Positions 12,901 to 24,800 of a DNA stretch of 64,000 bases are shown here, one piece after another; positions within the stretch are counted from its first letter, which is position 1, and each line of letters begins with the position of its first letter. The translations under genes were made by a program, and so were the position numbers. Source of the DNA: Mobula hypostoma (Eukaryota); assembly GCF_963921235.1 (NCBI RefSeq), contig NC_086109.1, positions 434,001 through 498,000 on the forward strand, in the 5' to 3' direction. The notes under the pieces were generated by a model, which was not told the DNA's origin, did no database searches, and was given only the letters and a program-made list of their open reading frames with translations.

Positions 12901-14000
12901 CTCCCCTCCACTTCCCTCCCCTCCCCTCTCCTCCTCTCCCCTTCCCTCCCCTCCCCTCTCCTCCTCTGCCCTCCACTCCCCTCTCCTCCTCTCCCCTCCC
13001 ATCCCCTCCCCTCCTCTTCCCTCCCCTCCCCTCCCCTCCACTCCCCTCCCGTCTCCTCCCCTCCCGTCTCCTCCTCCCCTTCCCCTCTCGTCTCCTCCTC
13101 CCCTCTCTTCCCCTCCTCTCCCTTCCCCTCCCCTCCCCTCCTCTCCCCTCCACTCCCCTCCCCTCCCTTTCCTGTTCCAACCTCTCCCCTCCTCTCCCCT
13201 CCCCACCCTCCCCTCCACTCCCCTCCCGTTCCCTCCTCTCGCTTCCCCTCTCCCCTCCCCTCTTCTCCCCTCCCCTCCCCTCCTCTCCCCTCCCCTTCTC
13301 TGCCCTCCCCTCTCCCCACCCCTCCTCTCCCCTCCCATCCTCCCCTCCCCTCCCCTCCCATCCTCTCCCCTCCTCTCCCCTCCTCTCCCCTCCCCTCCCC
13401 TCCCCTCCTCTCCCCTCCCCTCCTCTCCCCTCCCCTCCTCTCCCCTCCCCTCCTCTCCCCTCCTCTCCCCTCCTCTCCCCTTCTCTCCCCTCCTCTCCCC
13501 TCCTCTCCCCTCCCCTCCCCTCCCCTCCTCTCCTCTCCTCTCCTCTCCTCCTCTCCTCTCCTCTCTCCTCTCCACTCCCCCTTCTCCGCTCTCCTCTCTC
13601 CGCTCCCCTCCCCTCCCAACCCCTCCCCACCCCTCCCCTCCTCTCCCCTGCCCTCCTCTCCCCTCCTTCCCCTCCCTCCGCTCCTCTCCCCTCCCCTCCC
13701 CTTCTCTCCTCTCCTCGCCTTCTCTCTTCTCCTCTCTCCTCTCCACTCCCCTCCTCTGCCATCCCCTCCTCTCACCTCTCCCCTCCCGTCCCCTCCCATC
13801 CCCTCCCATCCCCTCCTACCCCCTCCCCTTCTCTCCTGTCCCCTTCCCTCCTCTCCCATCTCTCCCCTTCCCTCCACACCCATCCCCTCCCCTCCCCTCC
13901 ACTCTCCACTTCCCTCCACTCCCCTCCCCTCCCCTCCTCTCCCTTCCTCTGCTCTCCCCTCCACTCCCCTCTCCTCCCTTCCTCTACCCTCCCCTTCTCT
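7000..14000. repeat. ~3.1 kb higher-order repeat in the pentamer array (two copies plus a partial third)
   Basis: CCTGTTCCAACCTCTCCCCTC occurs at ~7465/7849, ~10577/10929 and ~13171. CTCTGCCATCCCCTCCTCTCACC occurs at ~8637, ~11779 and ~13754. CTCCACACCCATCCCC occurs at ~8760, ~11917 and ~13872. Confidence 0.7.
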
Positions 14001-14324
14001 CTCCTCCCCTCTGCCCACCCCTCCTCTCCCCTCCCCTCCCCTCTCCTCTCCTCCTCTCCCCTCCCCTCTCCTCTCCTCCCTCCTCTCCCCTCTCCTCCCC
14101 TCCCCCCTCCTCTCCCCGCTCCTCTCCTCTCCCTGTACATTGTCTCCCCACACAGACACATTCCCCGTCTCCCTGTACATTGTCTCCCCAGACAGACACA
14201 TTCCCTGTCTCCCCACCCAGACACTTCCCCGTCTCCCTGTACATTGTCACCCCAATACAGACACATTCCCCATCTCCCTGTCCGTTGTCTCCCCAGTACA
14301 GACACATTCCCCGTCTCGCTGTAC

Positions 14325-17300
14325 TTGTCTCCCCAGTACAGACACATTCCCCGTCTCCCTGCACATTCTCTCCCTCGTACAGACACATTCCCCGTCTCCC
14401 AATACATTGTCTCCCCAGTACAGAGACATTCCCCGTCTCCCTGTACACGGTCCCTCCAGTACAGACACATTCCCCGTCTCCCTGTACATTGTCTCTCCAG
14501 TATAGACACATTCCCCGTCTCCCTCTACATTGTCTCCCCACACAGACACATTCCCCATCTCCCTTAACATTGTCTCCCCAGTACACATTCCCTGTCTCTC
14601 TGTACTTGTCTCCACAGTAGACACATTCCCCGTCTCCCTGTACATTGTCTCCACAGTACAGACACATTCCCCGTCTCCCTGTACATTGTCTCCTCTGTAC
14701 AGACACATTCTCCGTCTCCCTGTACATTGCCTCCCCAGTACAGAAACATTCCCCGTCTCCCTGTACATTGACTCTCCTGTGCAGACACAGTCCTCGTCTC
14801 CCTGTACATTGTCTCCCCAGTACAGACACATTCCCCATCTCACTGTAAATTATCGCCACAATACAGACACATTCCCCGTCTCCCTGTACATTGTCTCTCC
14901 AGTACAGACACATTCCCCGTCTGCCTGTACACTGTCTCCCCAGTATAGACACATTCCCCGTCTCCCTGTACATTGTCCCTCCAGTAAAGACACATTCCCC
15001 GTCTCCCTGTATATTGTCTCCCCAGTACAGACACATTCCCCGTCTACCTGTACAATCTCACTCCAGTACAGACACATTCCCCGTCTCCCTGTACAATGTC
15101 CCTCCTGTACAGACACATTCCGCGTCTCCCTGTACATTGTCTCCCCAGTATAGACACATTCACCATCTCCCTGTACATAGTCTCCACAGTACAGACACAT
15201 TTCCGGTTCCCCTGTACATGGTCTCCCCAGGACAGACACATTCCCCGTCTCCCTGTATATTGTCTCCTCAGTACAAACAAATTCTCCGTCTCCCTGTACA
15301 TTGTCTCTCCAGAACAGAAACATTCCCCGTCAATTGTACATTGTCTCCACAGTACAGACACATTCCCCATCTCCCTGTACTTCGTCTTCCCACACAGACA
15401 CATTCCCCGTCTCCCTGTACATTATCTTCCCACACAGACACATTCCCCATCTCCCTCTACATTGTCTCCCCAATAAAGACACATATTCCTCGTCTCCCTG
15501 TACATTGTCTCCCCAGTACAGACACATTTCCTGTCTCCCTGTACATTGTCTCCCCAGTACAGACACATTCCCCGTCTCCCTGTACATTGTCTCTCCAGTA
15601 CAGACACATTCCCCGTCTGCCTGTACACTGTCTCCCCAGTATAGACACATTCCCCGTCTCCCTATACAATGTCCCTCCAGTAAAGACACATTCCCCGTCT
15701 CCATGTATATTGTCTCCCCACACAGACACATTCCCCTTCTCCGTGTCCATTGTCTCTCCAGTACAGACACATTCCCCGTCTCCCTGTATATTGTCTCCTC
15801 AGTACAAACAAATTCTCCGTCTCCCTGTACATTGTCTCTCCAGAACAGAAACATTCCCCGTCAATTGTACATTGTCTCCACAGTACAGACACATTCCCCA
15901 TCTCCCTGTACTTCGTCTTCCCACACAGACACATTCCCCGTCTCCCTGTACATTATCTTCCCACACAGACACATTCCCCATCTCCCTCTACATTGTCTCC
16001 CCAATAAAGACACATATTCCTCGTCTCCCTGTACATTGTCTCCCCAGTACAGACACATTTCCTGTCTCCCTGTACATTGTCTCCCCAGTACAGACACATT
16101 CCCCGTCTCCCTGTACATTGTCTCTCCAGTACAGACACATTCCCCGTCTCCCTGTACACTGTCTCCCCAGTATAGACACATTCCCCGTCTCCCTATACAA
16201 TGTCCCTCCAGTAAAGACACATTCCCCGTCTCCATGTATATTGTCTCCCCACACAGACACATTCCCCTTCTCCGTGTCCATTGTCTCTCCAGTACAGACA
16301 CATTCCCCGTCTACCTGTACAATGTCACTCGAGTACAGACACATTCCCCGTCTCCCTGTACATTGTCCCTCCTGTACAGACACATTCCGCGTCTCCCTGT
16401 ACATTGTCTCCCCAGTATAGACACATTCACCATCTCCCTGTACATTGTCTCTCCAGTACAGACACATTCCCCGTCTGCCTGTACACTGTCTCCCCAGTAT
16501 AGACACATTCCCCGTCTCCCTATACAATGTCCCTCCAGTAAAGACACATTCCCCGTCTCCCTGTATATTGTCTCCCCACACAGACACATTCCCCTTCTCC
16601 GTGTCCATTGTCTCTCCAGCACAGACACAGTCCCCATCTCCCTGTACATTGTCTCCCCACACAGACGTATACCCTGTCTCCCTGTACTTTGTCTCTCCAG
16701 TACAGACACATTCCCCATCTGCCTGTACACTGTCTCCCCAGTACAGAAACATTCCCCGTCTACCTGTACAATGTCACTCCAGTACAGACACATTCCCCGT
16801 CTCCCTGTACATTGTCCCTCCTGTACAGACACATTCCGCGTCTCCCTGTACATTGTCTCCCCAGTATAGACACATTCACCATCTCTCTGTACATTGTCTC
16901 CACAGTACAGACACATTTTCCGTTCCCCTGTACATGGTCTCCCCAGGACAGACACATTCCCCGTCTCCCTGTACATTGTCTCCCCAGTACAAACAAATTC
17001 TCCGTCTCCCTGTACATTGTCTCTCCAGAATAGAAACATTCCGCGTCAATTGTACATTGTCTCCACAGTACAGACACATTCCTTGTCTCCCCGGACATTG
17101 TCTCTCCAGTAAAGACACATTCCCCATCTCCCTGTACTTTGTCTCCCCAATAAAGACACCATTCCCTGTCTCCCTGTACATTGTCTCCCCAGTACAGACA
17201 CATTCCCCGTCTGCCTGTACATTGTCTCACTCGTACAGACACATTCCCCATCTCCCAATACATTGTCTCCCGAGTACAGACACATTCCCCGTCTCCCTGT

Positions 17301-20300
17301 ACATTGTCCCTCCAGCACAGACAAATTTCCAGTTCTCCTGTAAATTTTCTCCCCAGTATAGACACATTCCCCATCTCGCGGTACATTGTCTCCACGGTAC
17401 AGACGCATTCCCCGTCTCCCGGTACATTGTCTCCCCAGTACAGACAAATTCCCCTTCTCTGTATATTGTCTCTCCAGTACAGACACATTCCCCATCTCTC
17501 TGTACATGGTCTCTCCAGTTCAGACACATTCCCCGTCTCCCTGTACATTGTCCCTCCAGTACAGACATATTCCTCGTCTCCCTGTACTTTGTCTCCCCAG
17601 TACAGCCACATTACCCGTCTCCCTGTACATTGTCCCTCCAGTACAGACACATTTCCCGTTCTCCTGTAAATTTTCTCCCCAGTATAGACACATGACCCGT
17701 CTCACTGTACATTGTCTCCCCAGTACAGATGCATTCCCTGTCTCCCTGTACATTGTCTCTCCAGTTCAGACACAGTCCCCGTCTCCCTGTACATTGTCCC
17801 TCCAGTACAGACATATTCCTCGTCTCCATGTACTTTGTCTCCCGAGTACAGACACATTCCCCGTCTCCCTGTAAATTGTCGCCACAGTACAGACACATTC
17901 CCCGTCTCCCAGTACATTGTCTCTCCAGTACAGACACACCCTGTCTCCCTGTACATTGTCTCTCCAGTACAGACACATTCCCCGTCTCTCTGTACATTGT
18001 CTCCCCAGTACAGAAACATTCCCCATCTCCCTGTACATTGTCTCTCCAGTTCAGACACATTCCCCGTCTCCCTGTACATTGTCATTCCAGTACAGTCATA
18101 TTCCTCGTCTCCCTGTACTTTGTCTCCCCAGTACAGACACATTCCCCGTCTCCCTGTAAATTGTCGCCACAGTACAGACACATTCCCCGTTTCCCTGTAC
18201 ATTGTTTCTCCAGTACAGACACATTCCCCATGTCCCTGTACATTGTCTCTCTAGTACAGACACATTCCCCGTCTCTCTGTACATTGCCTCTCCAGTACAG
18301 ACACATTCCCCGTCTCTCTGTTCATTGTCTCCCCAGTACAGACACATTCCCCGTCTCCCTGCACATTCTCTCCCTCGTACAGACACATTCCCCGTCTCCC
18401 AATACATTGTCTCCCCAGTACAGAGACATTCCCCGTCTCCCTGTACACGGTCCCTCCAGTACAGACACATTCCCCGTCTCCCTGTACATTGTCTCTCCAG
18501 TATAGACACATTCCCCGTCTCCCTCTACATTGTCTCCCCACACAGACACATTCCCCATCTCCCTTAACATTGTCTCCCCAGTACACATTCCCTGTCTCTC
18601 TGTACTTGTCTCCACAGTAGACACATTCCCCGTCTCCCTGTACATTGTCTCCACAGTACAGACACATTCCCCGTCTCCCTGTACATTGTCTCCTCTGTAC
18701 AGACACATTCTCCGTCTCCCTGTACATTGCCTCCCCAGTACAGAAACATTCCCCGTCTCCCTGTACATTGACTCTCCTGTGCAGACACAGTCCTCGTCTC
18801 CCTGTACATTGTCTCCCCAGTACAGACACATTCCCCATCTCACTGTAAATTATCGCCACAATACAGACACATTCCCCGTCTCCCTGTACATTGTCTCTCC
18901 AGTACAGACACATTCCCCGTCTGCCTGTACACTGTCTCCCCAGTATAGACACATTCCCCGTCTCCCTGTACATTGTCCCTCCAGTAAAGACACATTCCCC
19001 GTCTCCCTGTATATTGTCTCCCCAGTACAGACACATTCCCCGTCTACCTGTACAATGTCACTCCAGTACAGACACATTCCCCGTCTCCCTGTACATTGTC
19101 CCTCCTGTACAGACACATTCCGCGTCTCCCTGTACATTGTCTCCCCAGTATAGACACATTCACCATCTCTCTGTACATTGTCTCCACAGTACAGACACAT
19201 TTTCCGTTCCCCTGTACATGGTCTCCCCAGGACAGACACATTCCCCGTCTCCCTGCACATTGTCTCCCCAGTACAGACAAATTCTCCGTCTCCCTGTACA
19301 TTGTCTCTCCAAAACAGAAACATTCCCCATCAATTATACATTGTCTCCCCAGTACAGACGCATTCCCTGTCTCCCCGGACATTGTCTCTCCAGTAAAGAC
19401 ACATTCCCCATCTCCCTGTACTTTGTCTCCCCACACAGACACATTCCCCGTCTCCCTGTATATTATCTTCCCACACAGACACATTCCCCATCTCCGTCTA
19501 CATTGTCTCCCCAATAAAGACACATATTCCTCGTCTCCCTGTACATTGTCTCCCCAGTACAGACACATTTCCTGTCTCCCTGTACATTGTCTCCCCAGTA
19601 CAGACACATTCCCCGTCTCCCTGTACATTGTCTCTCCAGTACAGACACATTCCCCGTCTGCCTGTACACTGTCTCCCCAGTATAGACACATTCCCCGTCT
19701 CCCTATACAATGTCCCTCCAGTAAAGACACATTCCCCGTCTCCATGTATATTGTCTCCCCACACAGACACATTCCCCTTCTCCGTGTCCATTGTCTCTCC
19801 AGTACAGACACATTCCCCGTCTACCTGTACAATGTCACTCGAGTACAGACACATTCCCCGTCTCCCTGTACATTGTCCCTCCTGTACAGACACATTCCGC
19901 GTCTCCCTGTACATTGTCTCCCCAGTATAGACACATTCACCATCTCCCTGTACATTGTCTCTCCAGTACAGACACATTCCCCGTCTGCCTGTACACTGTC
20001 TCCCCAGTATAGACACATTCCCCGTCTCCCTATACAATGTCCCTCCAGTAAAGACACATTCCCCGTCTCCCTGTATATTGTCTCCCCACACAGACACATT
20101 CCCCTTCTCCGTGTCCATTGTCTCTCCAGTACAGACACAGTCCCCGTCTCCCTGTACATTGTCTCCCCACACAGACGTATACCCTGTCTCCCTGTACTTT
20201 GTCTCTCCAGTACAGACACATTCCCCATCTGCCTGTACACTGTCTCCCCAGTACAGAAACATTCCCCGTCTACCTGTACAATGTCACTCCAGTACAGACA

Positions 20301-21840
20301 CATTCCCCGTCTCCCTGTACATTGTCCCTCCTGTACAGACACATTCCGCGTCTCCCTGTACATTGTCTCCCCAGTATAGACACATTCACCATCTCCCTGT
20401 ACATTGTCTCCACAGTACAGACACATTTCCCGTTCCCCTGTACATGGTCTCCCCAGGACAGACACATTCCCCGTCTCCCTGTACATTGTCTCCCCAGTAC
20501 ACACAAATTCTCCATCTCCCTGTACATTGTCTCTCCAGAATAGAAACATTCCGCGTCAATTGTACATTGTCTCCACAGTACAGACACATTCCTTGTCTCC
20601 CCGGACATTGTCTCTCCAGTAAAGACACATTCCCCATCTCCCTGTACTTTGTCTCCCCAATAAAGACACATTCCCCGTCTCCCTGTACATTGTCTCCCCA
20701 GTACAGACACATTCCCCGTCTGCCTGTACATTGTCTCACTCGTACAGACACATTCCCCATCTCCCTATACATTGTCTCCCGAGTACAGACACATTCCCCG
20801 TCTCCCTGTACATTGTCCCTCCAGCACAGACAAATTTCCCGTTCTCCTGTAAATTTTCTCCCCAGTATAGACACATTCCCCATCTCGCGGTACATTGTCT
20901 CCATGGTACAGACGCATTCCCCGTCTGCCGGTACACTGTCTCCCCAGTACAGACACATTCCCCGTCTCCCTGTACATTGTCTCTCCAGTACAGACACATT
21001 CCCCGTCTCCCTGTACATTGTCTCTCCAGTTCAGACACATTCCCCGTCTCCCTGTACATTGTCCCTCCAGTACAGACAGATTCCTCGTCTCCCTGTACTT
21101 TGTCTCCCCAGTACAGCCACATTACCCGTCTCCCTGTACATTGTCCCTCCAGTACAGACACATTTCCCGTTCTCCTGTAAATTTTCTCCCCAGTATAGAC
21201 ACATGACCCGTCTCACTGTACATTCTCTCCCCAGTACAGATGCATTCCCTGTCTCCCTGTACATTGTCTCTCCAGTTCAGACACAGTCCCCGTCTCCCTG
21301 TACATTGTCCCTCCAGTACAGACAGATTCCTCGTCTCCATGTACTTTGTCTCCCGAGTACAGACACATTCCCCGTCTCCCTGTAAATTGTCGCCACAGTA
21401 CAGACACATTCCCCGTCTCCCTGTACATTGTCTCTCCAGTACAGACACATTCCCCGTCTCCCTGTACATTGTCTCTCCAGTACAGACACATTCCCTGTCT
21501 CTCTGTACATTGTCTCCCCAGTACAGAAACATTCCCCATCTCCCTGTACATTGTCTCTCCAGTTCAGACACATTCCCCGTCTCCCTGTACATTGTCATTC
21601 CAGTACAGTCATATTCCTCATCTCCCTGTACTTTGTCTCCCCAGTACAGACACATTCCCCGTCTCCCTGTAAATTGTCGCCACAGTACAGACACATTCCC
21701 CGTTTCCCTGTACATTGTTTCTCCAGTACAGACACATTCCCCATGTCCCTGTACATTGTCTCTCTAGTACAGAAACATTCCCCGTCTCTCTGTACATTGC
21801 CTCTCCAGTACAGACACATTCCCCGTCTCTCTGTACATTG
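14325..21840. repeat. Tandem higher-order duplication of the 41-bp array: copy 1 ~14325-18325 (4.0 kb), copy 2 ~18325-21840 (3.5 kb)
   Basis: Identical variant strings occur at offset 4000 (e.g. 14361/18361 GCACATTCTCTCCCTCGTAC; matching ORF pairs 14530/18530 and 14645/18645). Further along the offset is 3510-3513 (ORF pairs 15988/19498, 16520/20030, 17520/21031, 18202/21715). Confidence 0.93.
15250..16310. repeat. 531-bp (13-monomer) tandem duplication nested in copy 1 of the 41-bp higher-order repeat
   Basis: The ORF pair 15268..15450 / 15799..15981 is identical. AGAACAGAAACATTCCCCGTCAATTGTAC occurs at 15311 and 15842. Confidence 0.92.
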
Positions 21841-24800
21841 TCTCCACGGTGCAGACACATTCCCCGTCTCCCGGTACATTGTCTCCCCAGTACAGAAACA
21901 TTCCCCGTGTCCCTGTACATTGTCTCTCCAGTTCAGACTCATTCCCCATCTTCCTGTACATTGTCCCTCCAGTACAGACACATTTCCCGTTCCCCTGTAC
22001 ATGGTCTCCCCAGGAGAGACACATTCCCCGTCTCTCTGTACATTGTCTCCCCAGTACAGACACATTCCCCGTCTCCCTGTACATTGTCTCCCCAGTACAG
22101 ACACATTCCCCGTCTCCCTGTACATTGTCTCTCCAGTACAGACACATTCCCCGTCTCCCTGTACATTGTCTCTCCAGTACAGACACATTCCCCGTCTCCC
22201 TGTACATTGTCTCTCCAGTACAGACACATTCCCCGTCTCCCTGTACATTGTCTCCCCAGTACAGACACATTCCCCGTCTCCCTGTACATTGTCTCTCCAG
22301 TACAGACACATTCCCCGTCTCCCTGTACATTGTCTCCCCAGTACAGACACATTCCCCGTCTCCCTGTACATTGTCTCCCCAGTACAGACACTTCCCCGTC
22401 TCCCTGTACATTGTCTCTCCAGTACAGACACATTCCCCGTCTCCCTGTACATTGTCTCCCCAGTACAGACACATTCCCCGTCTCCCTGTACATTGTCTCT
22501 CCAGTACAGACACATTCCCCGTCTCCCTGTACATTGTCCCCCAGTACAGTCTCCCGGTACATTGTCTCCCCACAGAATTTCGTCTCCCTGCACATTCCCT
22601 GTACATCTGTCTCCCTCAGTCACATCTTTGTCTCCCTCCAGTACAGACACATTCCCCGTCTCCCTCCAGCAGACACTTCCCCGTCCCCCAGTACAGCATT
22701 CCGTTCCCTGTACATGTCTCTCCCCAGACAGACAATTGTCTCTCCCTGTACATTGTACAGTCTAAATCAGACACATTCCCCGTCTCTGTACATCGTCTCC
22801 ACATTCCCCGTCTCCCTGTACATTGTCTCCCCAGTACAGACACATTCCCCGTCTCTCTGTACATTGTCTCTCCAGTACAGACACATTCCCCGTCTCCCTG
22901 TACATTGTCTCCCCAGTACAGACACATTCCCCGTCTCCCTGTACATTGTCTCCCCAGTACAGACACATTCTCCGTCTCCCTGTACTTTGTCTCCCCAGTA
23001 CAGACACATTTCCCGTTCCCCTGTACATGGTCTCCCCTGGACAGACACATTCTCCGTCTCCCTGTACATTGTCCCTCCAGAACAGAAACATTCCCCATCA
23101 ATTATACATTGTCTCCCCAGTACAGACGCATTCCCTGTCTCCCCGTACGTAGTCTCTCCAGAAAAGACACATTCCCCGTCTCCCTGTATTTTGTCTCCCC
23201 ACACAGACACATTCCCCGTCTCCCTGAACATTGTCTCTCCAGTCCAGACACATTCCCCGTCTCCCTGTACATTGTCTCTCCACACAGACACATTCCCCAT
23301 CTCCCTGTACATTGTCTCCATGGTACAGACACATTCCCAGTCTCCCAGTACATTGTCTCCCCAGTACAGAAACATACCCCGTCTCCCTGTACATAGTCTC
23401 TCCAGTACAGACACATTCCCCGTCTGCCTGTACACTGTCTCCCTAGTACAGACACATTCCCCGTCTCCCTGTACAATGTCCCTCCAGTACAGACACATTC
23501 CCCGTCTCCCTGTACATTGTCCCTCCCGTAAAGTCACATTCCCCGTCTCACTGTATATTGTCTCCCACACAGACACATTCCCCTTCTCCGTGTCCTTAGT
23601 CTCTCCAGTACAGACACAGCACCTGTCTCCCTGTACATAGTCTCTCCAGTACAGACACATTCCCCGTCTTCCTGTACACTGTCTCCCCAGTACAGACACA
23701 TTCCCCGTCTCCCTGTACAATGTCCCTCCAGTACAGACACATTCCCCGTCTCCCTGCACATTGTCTCCCCAGTACAGACACATTTCCCGTTCCCCTGTAC
23801 ATGGTCTCCCCAGGACAGACACATTCCCCGTCTCCCTGTACATTGTCTCTCCAGTACAGACACATTCCCCGTCTCCCTGTACATTGTCTCTCCAGTACAG
23901 ACACATTCCCCGTCTCCCTGTACATTGTCTCTCCAGTACAGACACATTCCCCGTCTCCCTGTACATTGTCTCCCCAGTACAGACACATTCCCCGTCTCCC
24001 GGTACATTGTCTCCCCAGTACAGAAACATTCCCCGTCTCCCTGTACATTGTCTCTCCAGTTCAGAGACATTCCACGTCTCTCTGTACATTGTCTCCCCAG
24101 TACAGACACATTCTCCGTCCCCCTGTACATGGTCTCCCCAGTACAGACAAATTCTCCGTCTCCCTGCACATTGTCTCTCCAGAACAGAAACATTCCCCAT
24201 CAATTATACATTGTCTCCCCAGTACAGGTGCAATCCCTGTCTCCCCGTACATTGTCTCTCCAGAACAGACACATTCCCTGTCTCCCAGTACATTGTCTCC
24301 CCAGTACAGAAACATACCCCGTCTCCCAGTACATTGTCTCCCCAGTATAGACACATACCCCGTCTCCCAGTACATTGTCTCCCCAGTATAGACACATTCC
24401 CCGTCTCCCTGTACATTGTCCCTCCTGTAAAGTCACATTCCCCGTCTCACTGTATATTGTCTCCCCACACAGACACATTCCCCTTCTCCGTGTCATTTGT
24501 CTCTCCAGCACAGACACAGTACCTGTCTCCCTGTACATAGTCTCTCCAGTACAGACTCATTCCCCGTCTGCCTGTACACTGTCTCCCCAGTACAGACACA
24601 TTCCCCGTCTCCCTGTACAACGTCCATCCAGTACAGACACATTTCCCGTCTTCTTGTACATTGTCCCTCCCGTAAAGTCACATTCCCCGTCTCACTCTAT
24701 ATTGTCTCCCCACACAGACACATTCCCCTTCTCCGTGTCCTTTCTCTCTCCAGTACAGACACAGTACCTGTCTCCCTGTACATAGTCTCTCGAGTACAGA

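Larger units (their letters stand above)
1..14134. repeat. Degenerate polypyrimidine/polypurine pentamer satellite (CCCCT/CTCCT)n, running off the left edge of the window
   Basis: The + strand is almost entirely C and T for 14 kb. It is built from CCCCT and CTCCT pentamers (near-pure runs at ~8260-8390 and ~11430-11515) with sparse A/G substitutions. Confidence 0.98.

Noticed and set aside
570..14200. CCCGTCTCC shared by the pentamer array and the 41-mer as evidence of common origin
   Set aside because: It is a short low-complexity match near the pyrimidine background; the rest of the 41-mer has no counterpart in the pentamer array.
75..14216. Many Gly/Glu/Arg-rich (RGG-like) minus-strand ORFs
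   Set aside because: They overlap in all frames and are translations of (AGGGG/AGGAG)n, with no domain or frame preference.
2782..14505. 3907-aa Pro/Ser/Leu-rich ORF resembling extensin or mucin
   Set aside because: A C/T-only strand can barely form stop codons; I see only about five TGA in this span, so one open frame is unsurprising. It starts at TTG, the PLPSP pattern is just the translated pentamer, and it reads through into an unrelated satellite.
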